From the NCBI GenBank assembly GCA_965217585.1, contig OZ244561.1:6912001-6976000 (forward strand): 64,000 bases of DNA. Reading direction: 5' to 3'. Shown piece by piece: positions 10,050 to 18,867 of the stretch. The position numbers and the translations under genes are program-made. The stretch's first letter is position 1; each line of letters starts with the position of its first letter. The stretch comes from Candidatus Latescibacterota bacterium. Lineage in GTDB: Bacteria > Latescibacterota > UBA2968 > UBA8231. The notes below the pieces were generated by a model. The model saw nothing but the letters and a program-made list of their open reading frames with translations. It did no database searches and had not been told where the DNA came from.

Positions 10050-11185
10050 GGATCTGCATCGACGCTCGCTCGCTGCGCGATGTGCCCACCAGTCTCGGCC
10101 GCTACGCCGCCGACCTCGTCAGCCATATCGCCAAGCTAGACTGCGAAAACGAGTACATCGTCGTCCGCCGGCCCTCGCGCCACGGTCCCATCGCCGATCA
10201 GGCCAACTTCAGGGAGATTTTCGCACCGTACGACATTTCCTCGGCACACAACATCCTCGCCGGTGCCCGGGTCATCAACGGGCTCGACGCCGACGTGTAT
10301 CACTCCCTGTACCACTTTCTCCCCATCGGCGTACGCGCCCGGCGCATCGTCATCACCTTGCACGACCTGATATGGGTGGATCACTCCTACCTCGCCGATG
10401 GCCGGCGCTGGCGGCGGTGGGTCAAGGGGTCCCTAGGCAGCCTCGGTATCCGCCGGGCCATTGCCGCGGCAGATCACATCGTCGCCGTCTCCTCAAGCAC
10501 GCGCCAAGCTGCGCTCGACCACGGCGTCCCCGCCAACAAAGTAACAGCCATCCTCAACGGCGTGGCCCCCGCTTGGCACTCGGGCAACGCGGAACCAGCC
10601 CTGTTTGACTTGGACAACACGACCGACCAGCAGGCTATTCTCGACGGTCTTGCAGAACGGCCTTTTGTCTTTGGCTTGGGCAACAGCTTGCCGTACAAAA
10701 ACCTGCCTCGGCTGGTGCGCGCTTTTTCTCAAGTCGCCCCGACTCATCCCGACCTCGCGCTGGTGTTCGCCGGCCGCGGCGAGGGCAATCCCCAGCTCGT
10801 GCGCCTAGCGCATCAACTCGGCCTGAGCGACCGGGTGCTCCTCGTCGGCCAACTCAGCGACGACCAAATCCGCGCCTGTTTTGCCCACGCGCTCTTTTTC
10901 GCATTTCCGTCGCTGATAGAAGGATTCGGGCTGCCCGTGCTCGAAGCGATGGCCAGCGGCTGTCCGGTGCTCACGTCGAACTGTTCCTCGCTCGCCGAAG
11001 TCGCCGGAGAAAACGCCGTGCTCGTCGATCCGCTCGACATCGCGTCCATCGCCGCCGGGATGCAGCGCCTGCTGACCGATTCCGCGCTCCGCCAACGGCT
11101 ATCGCGCCAAGGACGACAACGGGCCGCAGCCTTCACATGGGAAGACGCGGCCCAGCGAACCATTCAACTATATAAGCAGCTATAG
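10046..11185 (+). CDS. Glycosyltransferase family 4 (MtfB-like)
   Basis: MRICIDAR, ITLHDL, YKNL, FPSLIEGFGLPVLEAMASGCPV, FTWE; ATGA overlap with the DUF3047 stop. Confidence 0.92.
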   Translation: MRICIDARSLRDVPTSLGRYAADLVSHIAKLDCENEYIVVRRPSRHGPIADQANFREIFAPYDISSAHNILAGARVINGLDADVYHSLYHFLPIGVRARRIVITLHDLIWVDHSYLADGRRWRRWVKGSLGSLGIRRAIAAADHIVAVSSSTRQAALDHGVPANKVTAILNGVAPAWHSGNAEPALFDLDNTTDQQAILDGLAERPFVFGLGNSLPYKNLPRLVRAFSQVAPTHPDLALVFAGRGEGNPQLVRLAHQLGLSDRVLLVGQLSDDQIRACFAHALFFAFPSLIEGFGLPVLEAMASGCPVLTSNCSSLAEVAGENAVLVDPLDIASIAAGMQRLLTDSALRQRLSRQGRQRAAAFTWEDAAQRTIQLYKQL

Positions 11186-11271
11186 CCTGTAGTTTTTCGC
11201 CGTTGACGCTAGGGCCTCCTCGTCACCCGTACCGCCAGCGATCCAAATCACGGCATCGCTAATCAGTATCA

Positions 11272-12321
11272 TTAGATGCTCGGAAATTTTTGATCGGGTG
11301 GCGGAGAACCCATGGGATATGGGCCATTGGTCAGGGGGCTTCTGCGGGCGTGGTCGTATACCGCGTCCTGTATTTCGAGGATGCGCACAGCTTGGTCGAT
11401 ATTGGGGGTGAAGGGCTGCCCAGCCGCCAAAGCGCTCAGAGCTTGATCGACAATGGTCTTCATGCGCTCGCCGTGCGACAGATCCTCACTGAATTGCACG
11501 CCCTCAGTAGTGTGGACTTCGATGAGAGGCTCGCCCTCTTTGCCGTACTGCTGGAAAACCATGGCGCGGGTGCCGATAACGCGGAAGAAGTGGTCGCCGC
11601 CGCGCACCCCTGCCGGGTAGGCGTAGCCGCTTTCGATAACGCCGGTCACACCCCCATCCGTGCGCAGCATTCCCAAACCAATATCCTCCACTATACGACC
11701 GTGGGTGGCATTGGACATGACGGCGCCGACCACGTGTACCGTCTGCTCGCCGACGAATTGCAGGAAGGTGTCAATGCCGTGGGCCGCCTCTACAGCCCAA
11801 CTACCGCCGCCGGAAATGGCCGGGTCGTTGTGCCAAGCCGAGGGCGTCGGGTCGTAGCGCGAGGGCGGACCGTTATTGAGGCGGCAGCTATACTGGACCA
11901 AATCGCCCAGCGTGCCGTCAGCTAACAGACGCTCCACAGTAGCGACGATGCGGCTGGCGCGGTTGGGCAGAGTAAGGGCACTGAAGACTCCGTATTTGAC
12001 CGAAGCTGCGGCCGCGGGACGAAGCCGAGCAGCGCAATCGGCAAAGGGTTTGTCGAGCAGATAGGGGATGCGCCGGTCAACGCAGGCCTGCACGTGATCC
12101 GGCATTTCAATGTGCTTGCCAGCGACTAAAGCGGCGTCGGGACTCGTGGCGTCGAGGCACTCGCCCGCCGTGGCAAAGCCTGGGCATTGGAAAATTTCTG
12201 CGAGTTGTTGGCGCGGGGCTTCTTCCCCATCCATGACCCCGATTATATCGTGCCCCAAGGCGCGGACGGTCTGGCCGATGCTGCGACCGTGGTGGCTGTA
12301 CGATAGGATGACTAGGCGCAT
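11272..12321 (-). CDS. Gfo/Idh/MocA family oxidoreductase (divergent)
   Basis: YLLDKP, SGGG..VEAAHGID, GVIESG motifs. Confidence 0.8.
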   Translation of the reverse strand: MRLVILSYSHHGRSIGQTVRALGHDIIGVMDGEEAPRQQLAEIFQCPGFATAGECLDATSPDAALVAGKHIEMPDHVQACVDRRIPYLLDKPFADCAARLRPAAAASVKYGVFSALTLPNRASRIVATVERLLADGTLGDLVQYSCRLNNGPPSRYDPTPSAWHNDPAISGGGSWAVEAAHGIDTFLQFVGEQTVHVVGAVMSNATHGRIVEDIGLGMLRTDGGVTGVIESGYAYPAGVRGGDHFFRVIGTRAMVFQQYGKEGEPLIEVHTTEGVQFSEDLSHGERMKTIVDQALSALAAGQPFTPNIDQAVRILEIQDAVYDHARRSPLTNGPYPMGSPPPDQKFPSI

Positions 12322-12329
12322 AGGTCGGC
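12289..12329. repeat. 41-bp imperfect direct repeat, copy 1
   Basis: GTGGTGGCTGTACGATAGGATGACTAGGCGCATAGGTCGGC; matches 14288-14328 with 3 mismatches. Confidence 0.85.
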
Positions 12330-13652
12330 CTCCTGCTGACGGCGCAAGGCGAGCAATTCGGAGTCGGGCAGTTCGACATCATCGTAGGTGATCAGATCGT
12401 CCTCGGGGATGTCGCGGGTGAGCACGGCCCGTTGCGACAGACCTATGGGCAGCAGGTTGCCGGAGCGAGCCAGGGCGGCTTTTTCCAACAGGCCGTACGC
12501 GCAATAACCGCCCTCGCCATCGAGCACAGTACCAGCGGCGAGAGGCTTTTTGGCCGCGGTCACAACCTCGGCGTAATGGCCGATGGGGTGCCCCGATGTC
12601 TGGCCATCGAGGGCGATGCGCGCCGCGCTGATGGGCATTTCGTGGCCAACCCAGTGCTGCGGGCGGTAGATCATGCCGTAGCCGCTGCGCTGGCCGATAA
12701 TCATGCCGATGATTTCGCCGTACGAGCCGAGCGACTCCATGGCAAAGGGCGTGGCCCCATCGACGACGCAGTACAGGCCACCGCGCAGACCGCGCTCGAC
12801 GGCCTGTTCGTTCTCGTCGATTAGACTGACCGCCTCGACCACGCCTTCCGCGTCGAGCAGGCCGCCCTTGCTCCGATGGCACAAAATGTCGGGGATGTGG
12901 CGCAAGTCCGCGGCTGGGAAGTGCATCCCGCGCACATCGGGCACGAGGCCGCTCATATTGGCCAGACAGGCCATTTCAATGGCGTGCTTAGTGCCGTCTA
13001 AAAATGAACCAAACATCTGGGCATTGTAATCGCGTCCGGTAAAGCCGTACAGACGCGGCACGTCGTCAGGATTGGCCTTGCGGAAGGCGGTCTTAAAGCG
13101 CGTGCCCTTGCCGGCGGCTATTACCCTGAAACCGAGCGCGCGGGCCCAGTCCCACAGTTCGAGGGCGCAGGCCGGCTCATCGCCGTACGCGGCGCTGTAG
13201 AGCACGCCGGCCTGATCGGCCAGTTTTTTCAGTTGGCTGCCGACGACTACATCGGCCTCCACCGTGACCATGACTAGATGCTTTTTTTGCGCGATGGCAT
13301 AACGGGCGTGGGTCGCCCCGGCCTCGACGTTGCCCGTGGCCTCGATAACTAGGTCGATGCGGCTCTCCATCAGGGCGCGGGCATCACCGGTGACGGCATA
13401 GCGGCCCGCCTCCATGGCCGCGTCAATGGCCGCAGGGTCGGCGGCTGTGTCTATCTGGTCGGCGGGGATATGGCCCCGGCCGTACGCACGCCGGGCTTTG
13501 GTTAGATCCAATTCGGCAATGGCGGCCAAGCGCATGCCGGGGGCATGGGCCAGTTGCGAGGCGATCTGGGTGCCAAAGGTGCCGGCCGCGATGAGGCCGA
13601 TCTGAATGGGTGTGCCCCTTTGGTCGAGTTGGCGCAAGCGGTGGTACAACAT
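12312..13652 (-). CDS. NAD(P)-dependent oxidoreductase with C-terminal SAF domain (homoserine-dehydrogenase-like)
   Basis: IEATG, VEADVVVG, AYGDEP, AAGKG, SFLDGTK, LDGEGGY and SAF 'LTRDIPEDDLITYDDV'. Confidence 0.88.
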   Translation of the reverse strand: MLYHRLRQLDQRGTPIQIGLIAAGTFGTQIASQLAHAPGMRLAAIAELDLTKARRAYGRGHIPADQIDTAADPAAIDAAMEAGRYAVTGDARALMESRIDLVIEATGNVEAGATHARYAIAQKKHLVMVTVEADVVVGSQLKKLADQAGVLYSAAYGDEPACALELWDWARALGFRVIAAGKGTRFKTAFRKANPDDVPRLYGFTGRDYNAQMFGSFLDGTKHAIEMACLANMSGLVPDVRGMHFPAADLRHIPDILCHRSKGGLLDAEGVVEAVSLIDENEQAVERGLRGGLYCVVDGATPFAMESLGSYGEIIGMIIGQRSGYGMIYRPQHWVGHEMPISAARIALDGQTSGHPIGHYAEVVTAAKKPLAAGTVLDGEGGYCAYGLLEKAALARSGNLLPIGLSQRAVLTRDIPEDDLITYDDVELPDSELLALRRQQEADLCA

Positions 13653-13739
13653 GGTCTGTCCTTTCTTAGGTTGAATATTTAATTATAATGAAAGGACGAC
13701 CGGAAGGTGCCCAAACATCTGAGTGAGGAGACACTTCTC

Positions 13740-13958
13740 ATGACCCAATCCCTTGAGAAGGCCATTTTAGAGATCAGGAAGCTCCCAGACGAGGAGCAAG
13801 ACGCCATCGCCGCCGTCATAATGGCGGAGCTAAAATCTGAGCGCCAGTGGGACAACGCCTTTGAGAACTCTAGGGCCGAGTTGGACCAACTTGCTGAAGA
13901 GGCACTCAAAGAATACAGCGACAACAAGACTGAGCTCCTCGATCCAGAGCAGATATGA
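13740..13958 (+). CDS. Putative type II antitoxin
   Basis: Small acidic protein 'LEKAI.EI.KLP.EEQDAIA..I..EL..E..WD..F'; GAGGAG RBS; ATGA overlap with the toxin. Confidence 0.75.
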   Translation: MTQSLEKAILEIRKLPDEEQDAIAAVIMAELKSERQWDNAFENSRAELDQLAEEALKEYSDNKTELLDPEQI

Positions 13959-14224
13959 CCTCTCGGACCACGAAGCGGTTTCGCGCGGCACTCCAAGGTT
14001 TGCCGCGCGGCGTCCGAGACCAAGCCAGATCAGCCTACCGGCGATTCCAAGCCGATCCTTATCACCCAAGTCTCCGGTTCAAGAAAGTTCATCCGACAAA
14101 ACCAATCTCCGCCGTTCGAATCAGCAGAGATTACCGCGCCTTGGGTGTTCGCCGCAACGACTCCATGATTTGGTTCTGGATTGGCTCGCACGCCGAATAT
14201 GATCGACTTCTCAAGAGACTCTGA
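13955..14224 (+). CDS. RelE/ParE-superfamily toxin
   Basis: F..DP.HPSLRFKKV, SAVRISRDYRALG, WFWIGSHAEYD; basic, 89 aa. Confidence 0.82.
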   Translation: MTSRTTKRFRAALQGLPRGVRDQARSAYRRFQADPYHPSLRFKKVHPTKPISAVRISRDYRALGVRRNDSMIWFWIGSHAEYDRLLKRL

Positions 14225-14287
14225 GATGCACAACGGGCTGTCGTGCGTCTACAACTGATAACAGCGCGGCTTGCGCGGCGCGGCGTT

Positions 14288-14328
14288 GTGGTGGCGGTAC
14301 GATAGGACGACTAAGCGCATAGGTCGGC
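14288..14328. repeat. 41-bp imperfect direct repeat, copy 2 (relic of the Gfo gene 5' end)
   Basis: GTGGTGGCGGTACGATAGGACGACTAAGCGCATAGGTCGGC; the minus strand reads MRLVVLSYRHH versus MRLVILSYSHH. Confidence 0.85.
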
Positions 14329-14341
14329 ATCCCCCACAGAC

Positions 14342-14923
14342 CTAAGCCAGCGGATTAGTACCTGCCGCCCACTCGGTTTTAGCGATGCGCATATCGCAGG
14401 TGAAGCGCGCCTTGCTGCCGGGCGGCTGCGGAATGTGAGCCACAACGCGGAAGCCCGCTTTGGCAAACGCGGCGCGGCTGCGGGGATTGTAGTCGGCAAT
14501 GTCGCAGGCGAAGATAAAATCGGCCTTCTCCTCAGCAAAACCAAAATCGACCAACGCGCGGATTATCTCCGTTCCCAAGCCCTTATTCCAATGCTGCTTC
14601 TCGCCAATGGACAGGTCAATGCGGCGGCAGTCGCAGCCGGGATGGGCCTCAATAATGCGCGACAGATTCATGGCTTGCAACCAAGCCTCGGCGATGGGCT
14701 GACCGTCGAGTTCGGCGATAAAACAAAAAGCGGCTTGCGAGATGCCGCTATAAATGCGCTTGATCTCGTCGAGCGTATAGGCCGTCACATCTGAGCCGTC
14801 GGCGTAATACAACACGTCGGGATCTTGATTCCAGCGCAGCAAGGTGTCCCAATCGGCGTCGGTCATGGGACGCAGGTGCAGGCGGGACGTGTGCAGGTGG
14901 ACGGTGTGAGTGTTGAGGGGCAT
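14342..14923 (-). CDS. GNAT (RimJ/RimL-type) N-acetyltransferase
   Basis: T.RL.LRPM, IGEKQHWNKGLGTE, NPRSRAAFAKAGF. Confidence 0.88.
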   Translation of the reverse strand: MPLNTHTVHLHTSRLHLRPMTDADWDTLLRWNQDPDVLYYADGSDVTAYTLDEIKRIYSGISQAAFCFIAELDGQPIAEAWLQAMNLSRIIEAHPGCDCRRIDLSIGEKQHWNKGLGTEIIRALVDFGFAEEKADFIFACDIADYNPRSRAAFAKAGFRVVAHIPQPPGSKARFTCDMRIAKTEWAAGTNPLA

Positions 14924-14936
14924 AGCTAAAGCCGTA

Positions 14937-15167
14937 CTAGTCGGCCTTATTCATCACCAGCGTCGCACCCTCAAGCCGTGCTGCCTTCTGATCGAAGGTA
15001 TATAGGGGGTGGGCACCCACTCGTTCGGCAGTAGCGGTAACTTCACGACAAACGTAGCCGGGACGGTCCACCGAGAGCGACTCCAGTAGCGATCGGGCGG
15101 CTTCCGCCTGTTCGATGTCGTCGCGTACCAGATAGCGGACGAGAACATTGGTATCGAGTGCGATCAC
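14937..15167 (-). pseudogene. vapC: VapC/PIN-domain toxin with in-frame internal deletion
   Basis: MIALDTNVLVRYL N-terminus and LYTFD C-terminus present, but only 76 aa; the central catalytic E and 'FxD' region are absent. Confidence 0.75.
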
Positions 15168-15397
15168 TCCTCACACGCCCCATCGGCTGCGGCCTGTTCC
15201 ATTTCCTCCACAGTGACGGCGGGGCCGTCGTGCTGGAGCGCGCCGAACAGCCGACGGATAGGACGCACGGGCAGCATTCGCACCTCGCCATCGGAAATGA
15301 CGTAGCGTACCCGGTCTCCGGCCTTTAGACCAAGCGTCTCCCGCACGCACTTAGGTAGTGTCGTCTGTCCTTTTTTTGTAATAGAGGATTCAATCAT
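15164..15397 (-). CDS. AbrB/MazE/SpoVT-family antitoxin (VapB-like)
   Basis: ITKKGQTTLPK.VRE.LGL..GDRV; GGAGG RBS; overlaps the vapC start. Confidence 0.88.
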   Translation of the reverse strand: MIESSITKKGQTTLPKCVRETLGLKAGDRVRYVISDGEVRMLPVRPIRRLFGALQHDGPAVTVEEMEQAAADGACEE

Positions 15398-15485
15398 AAC
15401 AATGCCTCCAGTCGCCTTGTAATATACGGTAATGTCGCCGCCGCTGATACGCCCAATCTCCGGAGCCTGAAGGCTCTGTATTCGC

Positions 15486-15881
15486 CTAATGGGACGCGGT
15501 CGGTACCCACCTGCCCTCGACCGCGTACGCTTCGTCCTCACCGGGCCACGGGGGCATGGTAACGGCAATCGCGGCGAGCGGCTCGTCGCCCAAGGCGCGG
15601 AGCTGGAAGTGGGTGCCCAGCGGAATGGTCAGGCAGACGCCCGGCTCGACCGCCACGATTTCCTCGCAGTCGTTCTGCCGCCGCCACATCTGGCCGCGGC
15701 CAGCGAAAAAAAACCAGATCTCTTCGACCGTGCGGTGGGCAACAGCCTTCGACGTCTGGCCGGGTTGGAGTTCAAAATGCGCCATGCCGCCGCTTTGCAG
15801 ACCCAATAGAATGCGCACATCTGAGCCATCGGGGGCGGTCACGTCAGGGGTGGCGGACAGTTTTTTAGTGTCGAATTCCAA
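15486..15881 (-). CDS. Cupin domain protein
   Basis: APDGSDVR, HRTVEEIWFF..G.G, IPLGTHFQ, TMPPWPG. Confidence 0.85.
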   Translation of the reverse strand: MEFDTKKLSATPDVTAPDGSDVRILLGLQSGGMAHFELQPGQTSKAVAHRTVEEIWFFFAGRGQMWRRQNDCEEIVAVEPGVCLTIPLGTHFQLRALGDEPLAAIAVTMPPWPGEDEAYAVEGRWVPTASH

Positions 15882-16079
15882 GGTCGGATTCTCCCGGATA
15901 GTAGAGGCTGACAGGTTCTCGTCCTAAAAATATCACGCTCAACATCTGCGGGAAGGATTTCTTTCCACTATTTTCCCGTAAGAAGCGGTCGCTCAAAATA
16001 CTATCGGCCAGCTTGACCCCTTAGCAATAATGCCTATTTATTTCCCCTATCCGATTCGAAAATTACGGGAGACGATCAC

Positions 16080-16943
16080 ATGCCAAAGCTGAAAATTGTC
16101 GGTGCCGGTACGCCCACTCCCACCCGCGACCGCTGGGGCACCTGTTTCATCCTCGAGATATGCGACCAGCGGCTGATGATCGACTGCGGCCCTGCATCGA
16201 CCTTTAAGATGCACCGCATGGGCATCCCCTGCACCTCGGTGCACAACCTGTTCTTCACCCACCTGCACTCCGACCACATCTCCGATTATCTCTGCTTCCT
16301 GATGACGCGCTTCGACCAGTGCATCGGCACCGAGCCCGATCTGCACGTTTACGGACCTGCGCCAATCAAGCGCATTACCGACGGCATCTGGAGTCCCGAT
16401 GGCCTCTTCTGGTACGACGTGATCGCCCGCACCAACCATCCCATGAGCGTTCACGCCTACCAGATGCGCGGCGGCGTGGGCGATTCCAGACCGGAGCCGA
16501 CGGTCCGCGCAACCGAATACACCGAAGGGAAAGTGGCTGAAGGCAAGGGCTGGACCTGCTATACGCGCGAGGTCAAGCACGCCCAGCCCTACATCGAATG
16601 CTACGGCTTCCGCTTTGAGACCGAAGAAGGCGTCGTCGCTTTCAGTGGCGATACAGCGCCGATCGAGTCCGTAGTCGAGCTAGCTCGGGACGCAGACCTG
16701 TTCGTGATGGAGGCCGTGCATCGGGAGGAGAAGATCCAAACCTTCCCCAGCGTCATCTCCGAAACCGGCACCCTGAATGCCGGACGCATGGCCGCCGAGG
16801 CCGGTGCCAAGCGCTTGGTAATCAACCACCAGTCCCCGACCCTCGATTCGGAAGAAGAGACCACCGAGGGCATCGCCGAGGTAAAAAGCACCTTCGGCGG
16901 GCCTATGTACTGGGCGCGGGACATGATGGAAGTGGCCTGGTGA
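16080..16943 (+). CDS. MBL-fold metallo-hydrolase (RNase Z/AtsA-like)
   Basis: GAGTPTP, IDCG, THLHSDH, SGDT, LVINH. Confidence 0.88.
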   Translation: MPKLKIVGAGTPTPTRDRWGTCFILEICDQRLMIDCGPASTFKMHRMGIPCTSVHNLFFTHLHSDHISDYLCFLMTRFDQCIGTEPDLHVYGPAPIKRITDGIWSPDGLFWYDVIARTNHPMSVHAYQMRGGVGDSRPEPTVRATEYTEGKVAEGKGWTCYTREVKHAQPYIECYGFRFETEEGVVAFSGDTAPIESVVELARDADLFVMEAVHREEKIQTFPSVISETGTLNAGRMAAEAGAKRLVINHQSPTLDSEEETTEGIAEVKSTFGGPMYWARDMMEVAW

Positions 16944-16956
16944 TTGGTCCAAGATC

Positions 16957-18021
16957 ATGGCGTCTGACCTCACATCGCCCTTCCGCTTCGTCCGCCTCAA
17001 CGCCACCATGTACCCAGCCGGCGAGTTGGAGCGATCGCTGTACGCCAAATTCGGCATCGCACCTGAATACGTCGAAGAAGAAGATCCGCAGGAACTCATT
17101 CGCCATCTATCCGGCTGCGACGCCGTCGCCGTCATTTCGACCGGCTTACCCGCGGCCGTGGTCGCATCGCTGGACCGCTGTCGCCTGATTTCGCGCCTCG
17201 GCAACGGCACCGATAAAATCGCTGTGGCAACGGCCACGGAAAACGGCATCGTCGTCTCCAACGCCCCTTTCTTCTGCGCCGAGGAAATGACCGACCACAT
17301 CATGGCCATGCTGTTGTCCTTGGCCCGCCAACTGCCGAGGATGGAGCAGTTCATGCGCGCTGGCCGCTTCCACCAAGCCCGTGTCGAGTCCACCCAGTTG
17401 CAGCGGCTCTCCACCTGTGCGCTGGGCATCGTCGGCTTTGGAGCCACCGGCGAGATGGTCGCCCGCCGCGCTAGGGCCTTTGGCCTCCGAGTCTTGGCCA
17501 CGCGCAGAAACCTGCAGGCACCCTTGCCGACGGACCTAGAAGTCGAGATGATGGACCTGGAAACGCTACTGGCCGAGTCCGACTTCATCTCCTTGCAGGT
17601 GCCCCTAAACGCGGACACCTACCACATGTTCGACGAAGAGCTGCTGCGCAAGATGAAGCCGGGCTCCTACCTGATCAACACCTCGCGCGGTGCCTTGGTA
17701 GATGAAGATGCGCTGGTACGGGTCCTGCGGGAGGGACCACTGGCCGGCGCGGCGCTGGACACCTACGAGTGGCTCAATGTTTTCACGGACGAGGATCAAA
17801 CCCCGCGGCATCCTCTCATGGAACTGGACAACGTCCTAATGACGTCCCACGTCTCCGCCCACTCGGTGCAATCTGGCGAAGACGTGGCGCGCACTGGCGT
17901 CTGTAATCTCGCCTCCGTCCTCAAGGGCCACTGGCCAGCGCCGGAAAACATCGTCAACCGAGGTGTAGTGCCGAGGTATCCGCTGAAACCGCACGATGCG
18001 GAACTGTACGCAAGCGCGTGA
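16957..18021 (+). CDS. D-isomer-specific 2-hydroxyacid dehydrogenase
   Basis: GIVGFGATG, SDFISLQVPL, INTSRG, AALDTYE, TSHVS. Confidence 0.9.
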   Translation: MASDLTSPFRFVRLNATMYPAGELERSLYAKFGIAPEYVEEEDPQELIRHLSGCDAVAVISTGLPAAVVASLDRCRLISRLGNGTDKIAVATATENGIVVSNAPFFCAEEMTDHIMAMLLSLARQLPRMEQFMRAGRFHQARVESTQLQRLSTCALGIVGFGATGEMVARRARAFGLRVLATRRNLQAPLPTDLEVEMMDLETLLAESDFISLQVPLNADTYHMFDEELLRKMKPGSYLINTSRGALVDEDALVRVLREGPLAGAALDTYEWLNVFTDEDQTPRHPLMELDNVLMTSHVSAHSVQSGEDVARTGVCNLASVLKGHWPAPENIVNRGVVPRYPLKPHDAELYASA

Positions 18022-18052
18022 TCGCATCAGTGCCCCCAAAGAAAGGAATCCC

Positions 18053-18844
18053 ATGTCCCCACAACGCCTCATCCTCTTTGTCCTCGACGGACTGCGGCCC
18101 GACGGTTTGCAACAGGCCTCCACCCCCCACATCGATCGCTTGATCAGCCAAGGTGCCAGCACCTATGCAGCCCGCACCGTGATGCCTTCGTCCACCTTGC
18201 CCTGCCACACCTCCATGTTTCGCGGCGTGACCCCACAACGGCACGGCATTACCACCAACACTTGGGTGCCCCAAGTCAGACCCGTGCCCAGCCTAGTCGA
18301 CGTGCTGCACCAAGCTGACAAGCGCACGGCCTTCTTCTACAATTGGGAACAATTGCGCGATCTGGCCGACCCAGGTTCGCTGGACCGCTCGTACTATATG
18401 AACAACTGCCACGAGCCAGACGGCGACGGGGAATTGGCCAGCTTGGCCGCGGCAACGCTGCGGGAATGGACGCCCGATTTCGCCTTTGTCTATCTAGGCT
18501 GTACCGATATAGCCGGCCACAACCACGGCTGGATGTCGGCCGAATATCTAACCGCTATTGGGCGGGCCGATGCAGCTATTGGCGCGGTGTTAGAGGCGGT
18601 CAACCAAGAAGAGACCGTGGTCATCGTCACCAGCGACCACGGAGGGCACGAGCACACCCACGGCACGGAAATGGATGAGGACATGACCATTCCGTGGGTG
18701 ATCGCCGGTCCTGCGGTGTCCTCCGGGCGACACCTGCAGGAACCGGTGAGTATCATCGACAACCCGACGACCATTGCCGCTTTGCTGGAAGTGGCACCGG
18801 CGGAGGATTGGGCCGGACAAGTGGTGCGGGAAGCCCTCGTATAG
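18053..18844 (+). CDS. Alkaline phosphatase superfamily / nucleotide pyrophosphatase-phosphodiesterase
   Basis: LDGLRPD, STLPCHTS (Thr nucleophile), DIAGH, TSDHGG; GAAAGGA RBS before ATG 18053. Confidence 0.88.
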   Translation: MSPQRLILFVLDGLRPDGLQQASTPHIDRLISQGASTYAARTVMPSSTLPCHTSMFRGVTPQRHGITTNTWVPQVRPVPSLVDVLHQADKRTAFFYNWEQLRDLADPGSLDRSYYMNNCHEPDGDGELASLAAATLREWTPDFAFVYLGCTDIAGHNHGWMSAEYLTAIGRADAAIGAVLEAVNQEETVVIVTSDHGGHEHTHGTEMDEDMTIPWVIAGPAVSSGRHLQEPVSIIDNPTTIAALLEVAPAEDWAGQVVREALV

Positions 18845-18867
18845 CGAAACCGTTTCCCCAGATAATC

